The notes below the pieces were generated by a model. The model saw nothing but the letters and a program-made list of their open reading frames with translations, was not told where the DNA came from and made no database searches. A stretch of DNA of 63,472 nt, counting the filler, from Sphacelaria rigidula (lineage: Eukaryota), in assembly GCA_964200075.2 (NCBI GenBank). It is 6 parts of 6 records of this genome, joined end to end, with 100 filler letters (N's around TTAATTAATTAA, not from the genome) between each part and the next. Parts side by side here need not be neighbours in the genome. Positions count along the whole stretch, not along the records: positions 42,384 to 52,878 come from CAXNAA020006393.1; positions 52,979 to 63,472 come from CAXNAA020006394.1; 4 more parts are not named here. One strand, given 5' to 3'. Position 1 is the stretch's first letter, and each line of letters opens with the position of its first letter. A program made the translations under genes and the position numbers. Positions 50,691 through 62,430 of this stretch are shown in pieces.

Positions 50691-51929
50691 TCTCGAATAG
50701 GTTCACAGACGCAAGCAACCTTGGGCTTGTTTTTTCCGGTTCAAGTTATGCAGATGTGTTTCTGGGTGTTATTTCAAGCATCGTTATGAACAACTGCATG
50801 CTGCCCGGACTGCAGCAGCACAGGTTGCGCGTACGGAACGGTATGTCAAGTGAAAGAAGACACCTCTGGCGGTGGTTTGGCTGCTGCTGCTGGCGTGGCC
50901 CACATGGAAGCTGGCATACTGTACGTCATGAGCTGCGTTATTTTCTGATAATGTACAGTAAACACGCGCTGGGGTATCTCACAAGCACCGAGACGACACG
51001 GCTCCATTGATTGGTTCGATTGATTGATTGTCGCACTTTAGCTGACCCTCCCGATCCAGCATCCAGCCGTGATCTCACGATAGACGTACCCAAGAAAAAC
51101 GAAACTCAAACACGCTCTAAGGAAAAAAAAGGAACAGAAACAGAAAAAATAGGAACAGAAAAGAAAAAAAGAGAGTGGTTGAACAGAACGACGTATCAGA
51201 CTAAGCAATGACAAAGAAAAGTAATAAAAAGTCAAAGAAGCAAAGCACAGAAAGAAATGGCCAACCTGAAGCAAGAAAAAGGAAAACAAGAGGAAAGTAC
51301 AAAGCAAATAAAATAAAATAAAATAAAAAACAATGAAACGATGGGGAAAAAAAAAGAAAGAAGAGAAAAGAAGAGACAAGAAAAGAAAAAAACTGCCCAC
51401 ACAAAACTACTACCGGACGAGTCTCGTGACAAACATGTGTGATTGTTTGATGGCCGTGTTGTCGCGTGCTTTCAACAAGTTGCCACGCCTACTCTGGCCG
51501 CTTACTCGTACATCCCCTAGCTTGTCTTGTCGCAGTCATTGTTGCTTCCGTCTCTACACCCGTACGCATTTCCTTTGTACATCCGAAATAGCTCTCACAA
51601 GATGCGGGAAACCGATGTAATCGAATTCCTTCATCGTTCAAGAAAATGATCCCGGGGGTTTCTTGGAGCCGAAGGAAAACTTGCGAAGGGCAGGGAACTT
51701 TCCACCTATGAAAGTACCCATTTTGCACATCGGTAAACGTTTCCGGCCGCGGACTATCTCATCAGAAACATGAACGGCGGCACTTTATATGTTACGAGTG
51801 GTGTTCCCTCTTCATCATTTCTAGACACGTTCGACAAAACCCTGAAACAGTTTTCATGATACCCAAAGGAATCCGACGAAGGCTCTCCCTGTCACCTTTA
51901 AATAACCATTTCGAATGTACTAAAGATAC

Positions 51930-51961
<32 letters not shown>

Positions 51962-52143
51962 TATGCCTCTATGCGTGTGGCCCTTATAGTACGTGGCCGT
52001 ACGCGCAACCTGTGCAGCTGTTTTCCGGGTAGCAAGCAGCTTTACATGATGGTACTTGAGATAACACCCAGACATACACCTGCGTAGATTCCAACGGAAT
52101 AAAGTCCCAGGTTGCTTGCGCCTGTAGACCTATTAGGGAAATA

Positions 52144-52586
52144 ACAGCTGATCATCGAAATTAAGGATGGAGCTCTTCATTGAGGATGAGAACCCGGGAG
52201 ATCAAAATCTTCGTATCCAAACCAAGTCTTCGGAATATTGTTCCATTCCTTCACCTACTCGTAGCTATTTACAAGTACTGCACGTCATACAAATTTTGGA
52301 TGTCGATAACCGAAATGTTGAGGTTTTAGGTGAAAAACTAATTTTGGGGAGTTTCCGCGATCCGATCGGATCACCCGAATTCCCCAAAATTGTTTTCTCA
52401 TCTAGGATCCTGACATTTCGGTTATCGAAATCCAAATTTATAGGGCGTGTAGCAGTTGTTAATGGCTACCAATAAGTGAAGGAATGGAACCATATTTCAA
52501 AGATCTGGCATGGATACGAAGATTTTAATCCTCCGGGTTTTCATCCTCAACGGAGAGCTCCATCCTCAATTTAGATGATCGACTGT
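52144..52586. mobile_element. ~440-bp almost spacerless palindromic MITE
   Basis: Arms of ~215 bp mirror each other around gatccgatcggatc (~52365). Ends are acagctgatcatc and gatgatcgactgt. Confidence 0.85.
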
Positions 52587-52829
52587 CAAATGATGTGAAT
52601 TTTCGGAAGGGGGTTTGAACCCCATTTCAATGATGAACCCCCATTCTCCAAGAAACTCAGTTCAAAGTGTGACCTTAGCGCCACTTCTTGCAGCCATGTT
52701 TCGAGTGCAAATCATGCAATGAGATGGCAATGTGCAAATTAGTGCAAATAAACAAATTCAAGTTGCGCTGTGATTTGAACACATCTGCATTGATGGGTTG
52801 TAAACTACGGCGCGAATGAGGAGTCTTTA

Positions 52830-52878
52830 GAGTCATCCTGCGATAGGGGGGGGGGGGGGGGTGGGGCCTTTGTTGGTG
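52830..52878 (+). mobile_element. Terminus of the GAGTCATCC-TIR family at a scaffold end
   Basis: gagtcatcctgcgatag followed by a G-run, matching 1601-1630. Confidence 0.75.
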
Positions 52879-53232
52879 NNNNNNNNNNNNNNNNNNNNNN
52901 NNNNNNNNNNNNNNNNNNNNNNTTAATTAATTAANNNNNNNNNNNNNNNNNNNNNNNNNNNNNNNNNNNNNNNNNNNNGGACTGCTCGGGCCCGGCTTTG
53001 TAGGGATGCGAGGTCAATGGTCTTATGACTATGGCATGCATCATCATGAGTACACCCCCCTCCCCCACGGCAGCTATGAAAGGACGCGTTCGTCTTATGT
53101 TGATGAAAAAATTATGGAGGAAGTAGGGGAGGAGGGCGGAGAAGCGGTAGCAACGCGAAGGAAGGCCTCGCTACAAGTCAGCCGGTTTGAAAAATTGCAC
53201 AACGAGAGGACACACGCACAGGTCTTTGTTCT

Positions 53233-55643
53233 TCACACAAGCGCCACACAGCAGTCGATCTGCAGACAAGGAGTCATCGCCGTGCGCCCGTGATCTGGGT
53301 GGTGCTCCTCAAAAACGGGTATAGGGGAGGGGGGGGGGGTTGCGTGCGCACGGATACAAAACAAAAATACTGTCCTGTCCTCTCATTTTTCTTCTCTCTT
53401 CCTTCTTTCCATGAGTACTTGATCAACGCCGTTGCAAACAGGAGAGTGCGTGAGAATTTGGCGACAAGTCGACGTCGTGCGGGAGTGCTGATCCGACCCG
53501 CGATACCAAAATGTAAACAAGGCATTTTCACCGGGGAAGATATGAGTTGATCCCTTGAGACTGCAGGGTTGTTCCGAGAAGGAGGGGGAAGGGGAGAGTG
53601 TCCTGGAAAGAAGAAAAAAAAAAACTACAATATTATACATATTTTCATGTTAGCTTCTCGCAAGATTAATTTTGCCATGATTTCACCAATCCCCTTCCCC
53701 CACGAAACTGCGACTTGGATTCGAATCGAGCCCTGACTCGCACTCACTATTCTCATCCCTTCCGCTCATGCTATTGGGGAGTTCGAAGTATATGACGACA
53801 AGATCAAGAAGAAGAAAAAAGCACAGGACAGGACAGTACCGGCGGTATTTGCTGCCACCACCTCGCTCAGCAGTTTTTCGAGTTCGAAATATTCCTGTTC
53901 CATACGTGCCAAGTTCTCGTCGTCCTGCGAAGACGGGTGGGTACAGAAAAACGGGAGACACGAGGCAGAAAAAAAGGTGACAAAAAGAAACGTTTATTTA
54001 CACGCCTTCTTGTTTCACACACCTCTTCATAAACGTACGTCACCATGCGATCTAGCTACGTACGCACAACAAAACATAAACATGTGTGCACTCTTGACCC
54101 AATCGAGCGCGAAACGCCCCGTCAGGTGGGGAGGGACGCCAAAATAGGTGAACCGTTACAAAATATGTCGAAAACAAGCGCTTTGGTTCAAATAATCCTA
54201 CACGAATCAGGTAAAGGTCTGGTTTAGACACCAAGGAATACACGGTATGTTGCCATTATGGGCGGTGCTGCTCGCAGAGAGGGGGTCGCTTAAAAACTAC
54301 ACCACAGAGTCCACACTACCGACGTTGAGAAGCCAGTTGATACTATTCCGAAAAGAGGTTCAGTACCCAAGGAGCCCGCCAACTACATACAGAACACACA
54401 CGGGAGTCAAGGGCAGCAGCCACAAAAACATGCACAACGTATCTTTTCGTTGTAAATGCATCGTGTTTGCCGAATATGAAGATTTTTACCTTGAAGTTCG
54501 AAGCCAAAGGCGCCTGCCCCGCAAATATAACCCTTAGCGCTCCCAAGTCGGCCCCGGCAGCTTCGTTCAGGGCAGTCGTCGCAGCGTCCACGAGGCGTGC
54601 GTTCGTAGCCCTTGCCTGCTCCAGGGCAGCCTCATTCTCGGCGCGTCTGTTTTGTATCGGTATCACGTACGATACGTGGCGAAGCAACGAGATAGAAAAG
54701 GGAGTTGGGGAGGGGATAGGGGGAGGGGGAGAGGTTGGCACATGCAGAGCATAGCCAAGGCATGCCCAGGGACGAGCCAAACGTGGATGATCTTACATTT
54801 TTCATGTGTAGTGTACGCGACAAGCCAAACATGGTGGCGTACGCGTACGTGTACGTGTACGTACAGTGGGTTTGTACCGGCAAAATGCCGTAGCATGAGA
54901 GCACGGAGTAAAATAAGACGTAGGATCTGCAGATTGGAAATATATATATTTACGCGCAGATTTGTGGTCGTCAATTTATTTTTTCATGCTCGTCATGAAT
55001 TGTGGAACCACGCATCTGTGAGAAGAAAAAAAATCCCAGGTTTCAGTTTTCTAGATATCTCGCATCAGGTTTGTAGACACATTTGGATCCACCAATGCCA
55101 ATGCGGGCACGCAATGATATGGGGGAAGGGGTACGACCCAGTTGACAACGCCCGCGCTCAAGCCGGCAGACCGCACAGTCTCGTCACACACTGGATATCG
55201 GCGTAAGGGCAAGTTTATTGTGCGGCGATCTGGGCCGAAAAGGTAAACCTGGACGGTCTGATTGCCGGCGGTCAGACCGTCTGACCAAATATTATGGAGG
55301 GGGGGAGGGAGGGGGGGTAATCTGGTCAGATCACCGGGGTTGAGATCACACGAGATTATCATCCTGATATCTTCTCGCAATATGGGCTCGAGATCATCGG
55401 CACATTTGGATTATGTGGGTCTGGGCCATGCATGGTCGGTAAAGAGGCGTTTGGTGCTGTATCGGCCGCTAAGTAATAGACTGGACTCCTGTGCCGGTAT
55501 CGCAGTGTCGTTAGGCTGCACATTGAACTGTGCAGCGAACAAGGAACTCACGTGCGAGCCACGTTTTGCCCTCGCAGGGTCCATTCAGACGGACTTTGTC
55601 TCAACCGACACGGCATCGCGATTGTCTCGTTTTGAGAGAAAAC
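53233..55643 (-). CDS. Putative small multi-exon gene of unknown function
   Basis: AG/GT-bounded candidate exons. 55643-55552 and 54646-54490 join in frame (VFSQNETIAMPCRLRQSPSEWTLRGQNVARTRAENEAALEQARATNARLVDAA...), and 53770-53687, 53560-53419 and 53259-53233 also join in frame. The link between the two groups needs an exon that was not securely found. Confidence 0.4.
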
Positions 55644-56386
55644 CTGAGACATGCCACGTCAACTCTTAGACTGCGATGCGGAGAGTCTACCTGGATCACA
55701 CATACTTTTTTCACGTGGAATTGATGCCGATTCAGCAGGTGACCTATACCCTCGAGGTCGAAGGGTTTATCCTTCGGGAACCCGAAAACTGGCTGTGGGA
55801 GAGGAAAACTCCGATCTGATACGTCGTAATTTCAACTATCGTAGTTTATTTTTGAATACGGTTGAAATGAAGACATATCAGATTGAAAATTTTGTTTTCA
55901 ACCGCACTTCTTAGGTCGCAAAATTATGTGCGAAGACACGCCCTCAGACACAGTAGCCAACACACAAACAACGCACAGTTTGGCGCACGGTGCGTCGTAA
56001 CTAAGTCACAGCGGCAATCTAACTGAATATCCGCTTGAGAACAGGACGACACCCACGAGCGGTGAACAAGACCTGATCTTAGGCAACCTTCTGGTCGCAT
56101 CTTTCACATTCTTGATGAGCCATGTATTGCTGCACCGGTATGAAATATGTCAAAACAGAAGGCAGGCACAACAACGTTGGCCATGACCGGCAGCGGAGTG
56201 TCGTAAAGCAGATTCATGCCGCTGAAGCGGGTTCAATTGCTTGCTCAATCCGTGTATCAGTGTACGAATCAACCTGGACGACCAGAAGGAGGAAACATAT
56301 TTTCATTTCTACGCAGAGCGCGACTCTGTTTCTTCTGCCTTACCCAGACCTGGGGTTGTGTGAACCCAGGACGATGCAGCTCTATG

Positions 56387-57333
56387 GTAGTTGTCATCTG
56401 AGATAGGAGAGTTTTATTTTTTCGTCGTCGGCGATTTTCAACGTTTTTTTCGCGTGCCACCGCTCATCCCAGCGAGCTGTTGGCTGTTGATCCCAATGTT
56501 TGGGGGTCGATAGAATCTAGGCATCCACTCCACATTCCGAAAAAAAATCGGGTCCGCGTTGAATGACTTTCGAACTGATTTGACAGGAAGTGCGAGCTGA
56601 AATGACAGGGGGTGCGAGCTGAATTGACAGGGGGTGTCATTGAACGCTCTTGGTTCAAAACACATTTATTTTCGGTTCTATCGTAAAGAATAGGTGGAAA
56701 AAAATAATAAGGGTCCGTATTTTCGTTCATGAGGGTGATCGGAATTGGCTCACCCCCGGCTGTGCTATGCAGAGTTCGGTTGGACAATTTTCGTTTTGGG
56801 CTATCTCTCTGAATTTTCTCGTGTAGTATCGGTCCTTGGCACTTGAAAGTCCTAGCGTCGATAGATATTGGGCAAAGAAGCAGGCCATGCTCAGAACGCA
56901 ATCCTCTATTGGTGTTGTAGCAGTGACACGGAGGAAGTATCTTGTTCGTCATGGGGTGTTATCGACCGTCACTGGTCCAGAAAACACAGTTTCTCGACTA
57001 TGGCGAAATGGGTTAGTATGAATTTCAGAGAAGTACTAATTTTCATTTGGTCACGAGAACGATTGGCAATGCTCCGATTGAGCAAAAGTACTTGAGGGTC
57101 AGAACTTAGGGCTGGGTAATCTCAGGACCCCCGAAAACCGATCAATCCATACATGGTTCAATAATGCGCATAGATGTGACCTTATTATTATCGGAATGTG
57201 GATGTAGTATCTCCCAATCCCCAAACTTTGGGATCAAACGTCCACTGTCATGAGCGATGACACGCGAAAATACTTTCAAATATCCCCGACTACGAAAAAA
57301 ACAGCGACAATCTCCTATTTCAGATAAAACTAC
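56387..57333. mobile_element. ~950-bp non-autonomous DNA element with ~150-bp imperfect TIRs
   Basis: gtagttgtcatctgagataggaga ... tctcctatttcagataaaactac, with inner ccacattccga / tcggaatgtgg. A second copy lies at 36480-37090. Confidence 0.75.
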
Positions 57334-57382
57334 TGTACTGTATGCTATTTATTAATACGCTTCTCTGCTACGCAGCAGAAAC

Positions 57383-58768
57383 TTACAGGGCGCGTAGCCT
57401 GCCCAGGCGAGCCTGCACCCGCTTTTCTGCCTCCTCCTCCTCCTCAAGCTCCTGGCGTTTCACACGCTCCCACACCGGATCTTCCTCAATCGCATTTCTC
57501 GGCACCACCGCCGCCGCAGCCTCCACCGTTGCGCTGTCGTCACCATCCTTCACCTCGCCGCCAGTGGGGTGCTGTAAGGAGTAAGCCGCGTTGAGGGCGC
57601 GGCTTGCTATAAGCGCGTGGAGCTCCTTACCACGTCTCTTGAGGCGATTAGAAGATCGGCCCTTCTTGCTCTTGTCACTGCTGCCGTCTCCGCGCCCGCC
57701 GCTGCTGCGGCGCCCACGGCGGCGGCGACTGGCAATGGCTTTTAGGAAACCGGAACGAAATATGAGATGAGACGGCGGGAAAAGTCGGGCGTGGAGTGCC
57801 GACGCGTCCTCGTCTTCCTCTTGTGACAGTTGTTGCTGAGGCAGCGAGGTGATGGCGGTGGTGGAGGTATGCACGATCGCCATCGTCGAACGCGAAGGTG
57901 TCGAACGCTTCATGGGCGAAACAAAGGTACTGTCGGCGGGGCAAGTGCGTCTGCGGCGGGTCGGCTTGAATTCGACTAGCTGGTAGTTCATCACAGCAGT
58001 TGCAGTTCCTGTTGCCGTGAAATCATCTCCCTTTCCCTCCCCTCTTCCTGCCTTCTTCCCCGGTGCTGCCGACTGTTTACGTTTCGTCGAGGATCGCTGC
58101 TGCCACTGTTGCCCGTCAGCCCGCCGCTCTCCCAAACGGACTGAGGAAGGAGACGTTAGAGCGGTCAGAGCTGTAGTGCTAGCATCCGCCGCCGCTGTCG
58201 TTTTCGGATGTACGGGGGCCACACTACCGCTGTTGCTAGATCCCGCAGCGTCACAAAAAACAATTGCACCACCGCTGAAATCGCCCTCCTGTTCCATTCC
58301 CGGCCTCCGCCCCCGCCCCCTGCGCCCTCGAGACGATCTGAAGGTAGTCGCGGCGGTAGAGTGGTGCTGAGAGGACCAGTCTTTGGGCGGGTTAGCGTCG
58401 GTCGAGCCCCAGGGCTGGGCCAAATTCAGCACGCGCTGGGGAGCCAACGGTGCCTCCTCGCCACCGCACTCTTGATGATGATCTTGCTTTGTTTCCTCTC
58501 TGATCCTCAACCTGACGATGTTACGGGTGCTATTTATCAGGGCGTCATTTTTGTTTTCGTTGTAGTTATTGCTGTTGCTGTCTGAAGGGGAGGTCAAGTA
58601 GCCGTTCAGTCTTGTATCATGACTTTCCTCCGGACTTTCACGTGGCGAGTTGCCCTCTTTTTCCTCTTCTTCGGTGGCTGATCCAGCCCCGTTGACCTCT
58701 AAATTTCGCTCAGAGTTGGAAGTCCACAAGGTCGAGAATCTTTTTCGTAGCTGTATCATGATTCGCAT
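57383..58768 (-). CDS. 461-aa hypothetical protein, largely low-complexity, with basic clusters and a charged helical C-terminus
   Basis: Long uninterrupted GC-rich ORF with poly-E/Q/N/R tracts, ending EEDPVWERVKRQELEEEEEAEKRVQARLGRLRAL. It is divergent from the F-box gene. Confidence 0.7.
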   Translation of the reverse strand: MRIMIQLRKRFSTLWTSNSERNLEVNGAGSATEEEEKEGNSPRESPEESHDTRLNGYLTSPSDSNSNNYNENKNDALINSTRNIVRLRIREETKQDHHQECGGEEAPLAPQRVLNLAQPWGSTDANPPKDWSSQHHSTAATTFRSSRGRRGRGRRPGMEQEGDFSGGAIVFCDAAGSSNSGSVAPVHPKTTAAADASTTALTALTSPSSVRLGERRADGQQWQQRSSTKRKQSAAPGKKAGRGEGKGDDFTATGTATAVMNYQLVEFKPTRRRRTCPADSTFVSPMKRSTPSRSTMAIVHTSTTAITSLPQQQLSQEEDEDASALHARLFPPSHLIFRSGFLKAIASRRRRGRRSSGGRGDGSSDKSKKGRSSNRLKRRGKELHALIASRALNAAYSLQHPTGGEVKDGDDSATVEAAAAVVPRNAIEEDPVWERVKRQELEEEEEAEKRVQARLGRLRAL

Positions 58769-59259
58769 GTACGTCGCGGCGGCTACCCGGTTGAGTGGGG
58801 CACAGGGTGGCGTTGATTCGATCGGCGCTCAACTCAAACGTGTCCAAGTCAATTGTGTCGTTTTCCAAATAGATAATTTTGTTATCATCCATCGATCTCG
58901 GATATGTTTCGTCCGCTGAGACAGGGTGCTTCTTACTGCAGTGGGCGCTGAGCAGCAAGACAGGCTTCACGTGCCCTGTTAGCTCTCTCTAATTAGTTTC
59001 TGATCTATTCTGTTCTGTCAACCCTGCCAAACGAGCTCTGAGATCCTTGAACAAACCCTGAGCTCCTTCAATATATGGTGTGAGGGCACCCTTTGCATAT
59101 GCACAAGCACCACTTTGCTGTTTGAGACTGTAGACGAACCTGTACCGTCAGTAGCCGAAGAGGCTGCTACATCACTTCACAGTACTGTCCGTGCGAACCT
59201 TTGTACTGCACTGACTTTACTGCCGAGCACTGAAGCGAAATACTCTTTTAAGCAGTAAC

Positions 59260-62127
59260 ATGGCTGCAGCAGACGTTGCCTGCGACATCGACCAGGACGT
59301 AGCAGTACATCAGGCAGGTAAACCTTCTGAATCTGCAGGAGTGCACTCCCTCTCCGACGATATCCTGGCACAAGTATTGGCCTGGCTGCGGACGCCTCTC
59401 GCCGTGCGCTCGGGTGCAACATCAAGGGCCTTCTCTCGAGCCGGGCTGGCCGTGCTGAGGTGCGCCGCTTGGCAAAATACCATGGATTGTAGCGGCCCTT
59501 GGTGGTGCGGCGAGCCAGCCGCAGGAACACGTACTTCAGCCATGTCGGAGGGACGGAACAGCGAGCAAGAACTAGAACTTCAACTCAGGCGACGAAGTAC
59601 ATCGCCACCATCTGCACCAGCGTCGTTATATTCCGCCCCCTGTGCCCGACGTGATACTTCTATTCCTGCCGTACTGGGAACACCGTGCCTGGACCTGAGA
59701 TGCGTGGGGAACAGGGTGGATGATGCAGCGCTTCTCGGAATCTTGGCTAGAGCCTTCAGAGCAACGGGGAAGCTACCGCATACTGCGTCGCTGCCGCGTG
59801 CGCCGCCGACGCCGCCTCCGACCCCGTTTGCGGCGGAGCTGATGACGGGAGCGGCGCTGCGCCGGGAACCTCACCAAACGGCGCATACGGCACTTGGCGT
59901 CGGTGCTGTCTGCGCCGTGGGAAACCAGCAAACTACACGAGTGGAACAAGGTAGAGCGGAGGATCAGTCTGGTGTACTTGTGAATGATAAGTCGGCGAAG
60001 CTAACGACCGGCGACCATGGTGCGTCGCGGCTGAGTTGCCATGGGCGAGATGTCGGTTATTCTAGTGATTTGGCGGACGCGGAGGCCGGGCGGAGGATGC
60101 AACAGCCACCGGTGTTGCAGGGGCTGGTGGTCTGCAGTGGGACTCTGCGGGATGAAGTGAGGAAGGCGATCTGTGCGGTGTTTCTTCTTGTGGGGAGTGA
60201 ATGCAGCAAGTGTGATATACTCTTTGCATACTCGTACGCTTACTGTACTCACCAAATTATCCAAACTGCACGCGATTATTGAGGTTGAGACAGTCGCGCG
60301 TGCCAAGTGGAGATTTTTCTGGTTCGCTTGTGACCGTTCAAGACATAGTTTGGAGTGCTGTCTTCTTCCTCGGCTGATGGTTATACTCCTAGGCTTCGTT
60401 GGTTCGACGTGCCCTGTACTTCAAAGTGCACGAAATGTGGCGAGCTCAATTTAAAGCGCATATCCAAATAAGGCGCACGAAGATGTGTACAGCAATATAC
60501 CGCAGACCGGACTACGGCCGTCGCTTTACTCAGGACGACAGTCAGGTCACCCCATCCATACCTGCCGTGCAGTCCCCAGAAGCTCAACTACAAGGCGTTA
60601 CCTCCTGGTTTTCATCCATCCTACGCCCCCTTTTACAGCAGAGTCAGCCACACATCGCTACGCCGTGTCTCACCAGATAGACAAGATTCTCTCAAAACAC
60701 CGTTACGCAAAGTCGGTTCTACTCCTCAGGAGCGAAGTGTTTTTTCTACGATGACGACGACGACAACAACACCATCACCACCAACAACAACAAACAGCAA
60801 CGACGTTGATAACACGTTGCTTTCAAGAAATGTCGAGGCTGTTCTTGGCAGAGTAAGACATGCTTTCAGCAAAAGTGTTTTTGAGGTAGTCATTGTTACC
60901 GAATCATGCTTCTTTTTAGTGTTATTTTTCGTTATCTTTTGCAAAGCTTTGTTTTTATCGCTGGTTGACTTCTACATCACACACTATGTTTTTGTTTCAC
61001 AAAAAACATGAAACTAGGCGGTGCAACGAGCCCTCCACTGCCACGGATCCGGACTGAAGGTCCTGAGCCTCGCTGGTTGTTACGGTCTCACAGACAAGAA
61101 GACGATCGATGTCATCCAGCGGCGATGCCGGAATCTGATCAGCCTCGACTTGTCGGATACACTCGGCAATGAGCAGGACCGCTTCCTGGGCCGACCGCAA
61201 AGTTTCCTCAACGCAACCCTGGTGAGTGCTTACCCGCGGACGTATAGAGCTCGCTGGGCATACATAATATTGTTCGGAAAACTGACGGCGCAAAGTGTCT
61301 TAGAGCTTGTCAGGGGAGAAGCAACCAGTAAGCGGTGTTGGAACCCATGTGACCGCGCGCGGATGGACCGTACTGTCTCGCAGTCGTATACCAGCTACTG
61401 AGCACGAAATGTCGAGTCAACAGGCTGTGTAAACCTGGGCGCTTCAGGCTTTCGGCGTTTTTGTGTCTGTCCCCTTTCTCATGATGAACGAAAATAGTCT
61501 CGCCACTGTCAATTACCGTTCAGTCGTCGTCGTCGTCGTCGTCGTCGTCTTTATCGTCGTCCGGTGCCGTTGAACATGAAACACCTGTGAATTGTCACGG
61601 TAGAATGGCCTCTGCATCCGCAGTTTTTGGTCCTATTCAGTATGTGTTACACCGTGTCTAGCGTACCGTTAATGGTGATGGCATGCGCTTGTAGTAGTAG
61701 CAGCGGATGTTTAGTTTGCGGGGGGGGCGCTTGATAGTCACTGGGTTCCAGGACTTGTTGGCATATGACATGGTATCAGCTGTATTGCGTGGATAACTCC
61801 GCTTGTAAAGCGTATTTCCCCCTTATAGAATAAAGGGTAAGTATGAGAGGAGTGAAATGAACCAGGACCCGTCCCGTGCACTCTCTCTCCCACTCCCCCC
61901 AACCCCACCCTTTCTCTCTGCTGCTTCTGTTACAACATACAAACACAACTGCTGATGAACGACTTGCAGCCAGTAGATGCGCTGCACGACTCCACGTTGA
62001 GGTCCTTGATGTCGGCCATCGGGAACGGTCTGCTGTTCCTTCGGTTGTTCAACTGCCGATCTGTCACCAATGCAGGGGTGGAGGCAATTGCTGATTCGTG
62101 CCCTCTTTTGCGACATTTAGATATTGG
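59260..62127 (+). CDS. F-box / cysteine-containing LRR protein (FBXL-like), 5' part
   Basis: Exons 59260-60156, 61018-61221 and 61970-62127 join in frame. F-box-like SLSDDILAQVLAWL, and LRRs LKVLSLAGCYGLTD, CRNLISLDLS, LRLFNCRSVTNAGVEAIADSCPLLRHLDI. The gene continues beyond the identified exons. Confidence 0.85.
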
Positions 62128-62181
62128 GTGAGTGTGGGTGGTGACTTGGACAAGAATGGAAGTGAGGGAAAGTGTGTGTGT

Positions 62182-62430
62182 GGGGGGGGCATACTCAGTT
62201 GTTGCTTGCCCTTATCATTTGACCATTGACCACGCACCACTTTCGAGACGGAGCATCGGTCCTACTCCTTGGAGAGGGAGCAAAGATCTGCATCTTTTTC
62301 GACTGTCAGAGTACCACCACGCGGCCCGAAAACCACTCAGGTTGACAGCAAGGGGTGTTAGGGAGTAATCTACCGCCGCATCCCAATTGGCCGGTTCGAT
62401 CGGATATATGGGTTCGAATCCCACAATAAA
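62182..62430 (-). mobile_element. Poly(C)-tailed retroposon-like insertion, longest copy, intronic
   Basis: G8 followed by catactcagttgttgcttgcc..atcatttgaccattgaccacgcacc.ctttcgagacggagca, matching 21227 and 37371. The distal boundary and TSD are uncertain. Confidence 0.65.

Noticed and set aside
52979-53200. Plus-strand frame GLLGPGFVGMRGQWSYDYGMHHHEY as a continuation of the SGNH gene
   Set aside because: It lies in a different scaffold across an artificial linker, and no motif supports the link.
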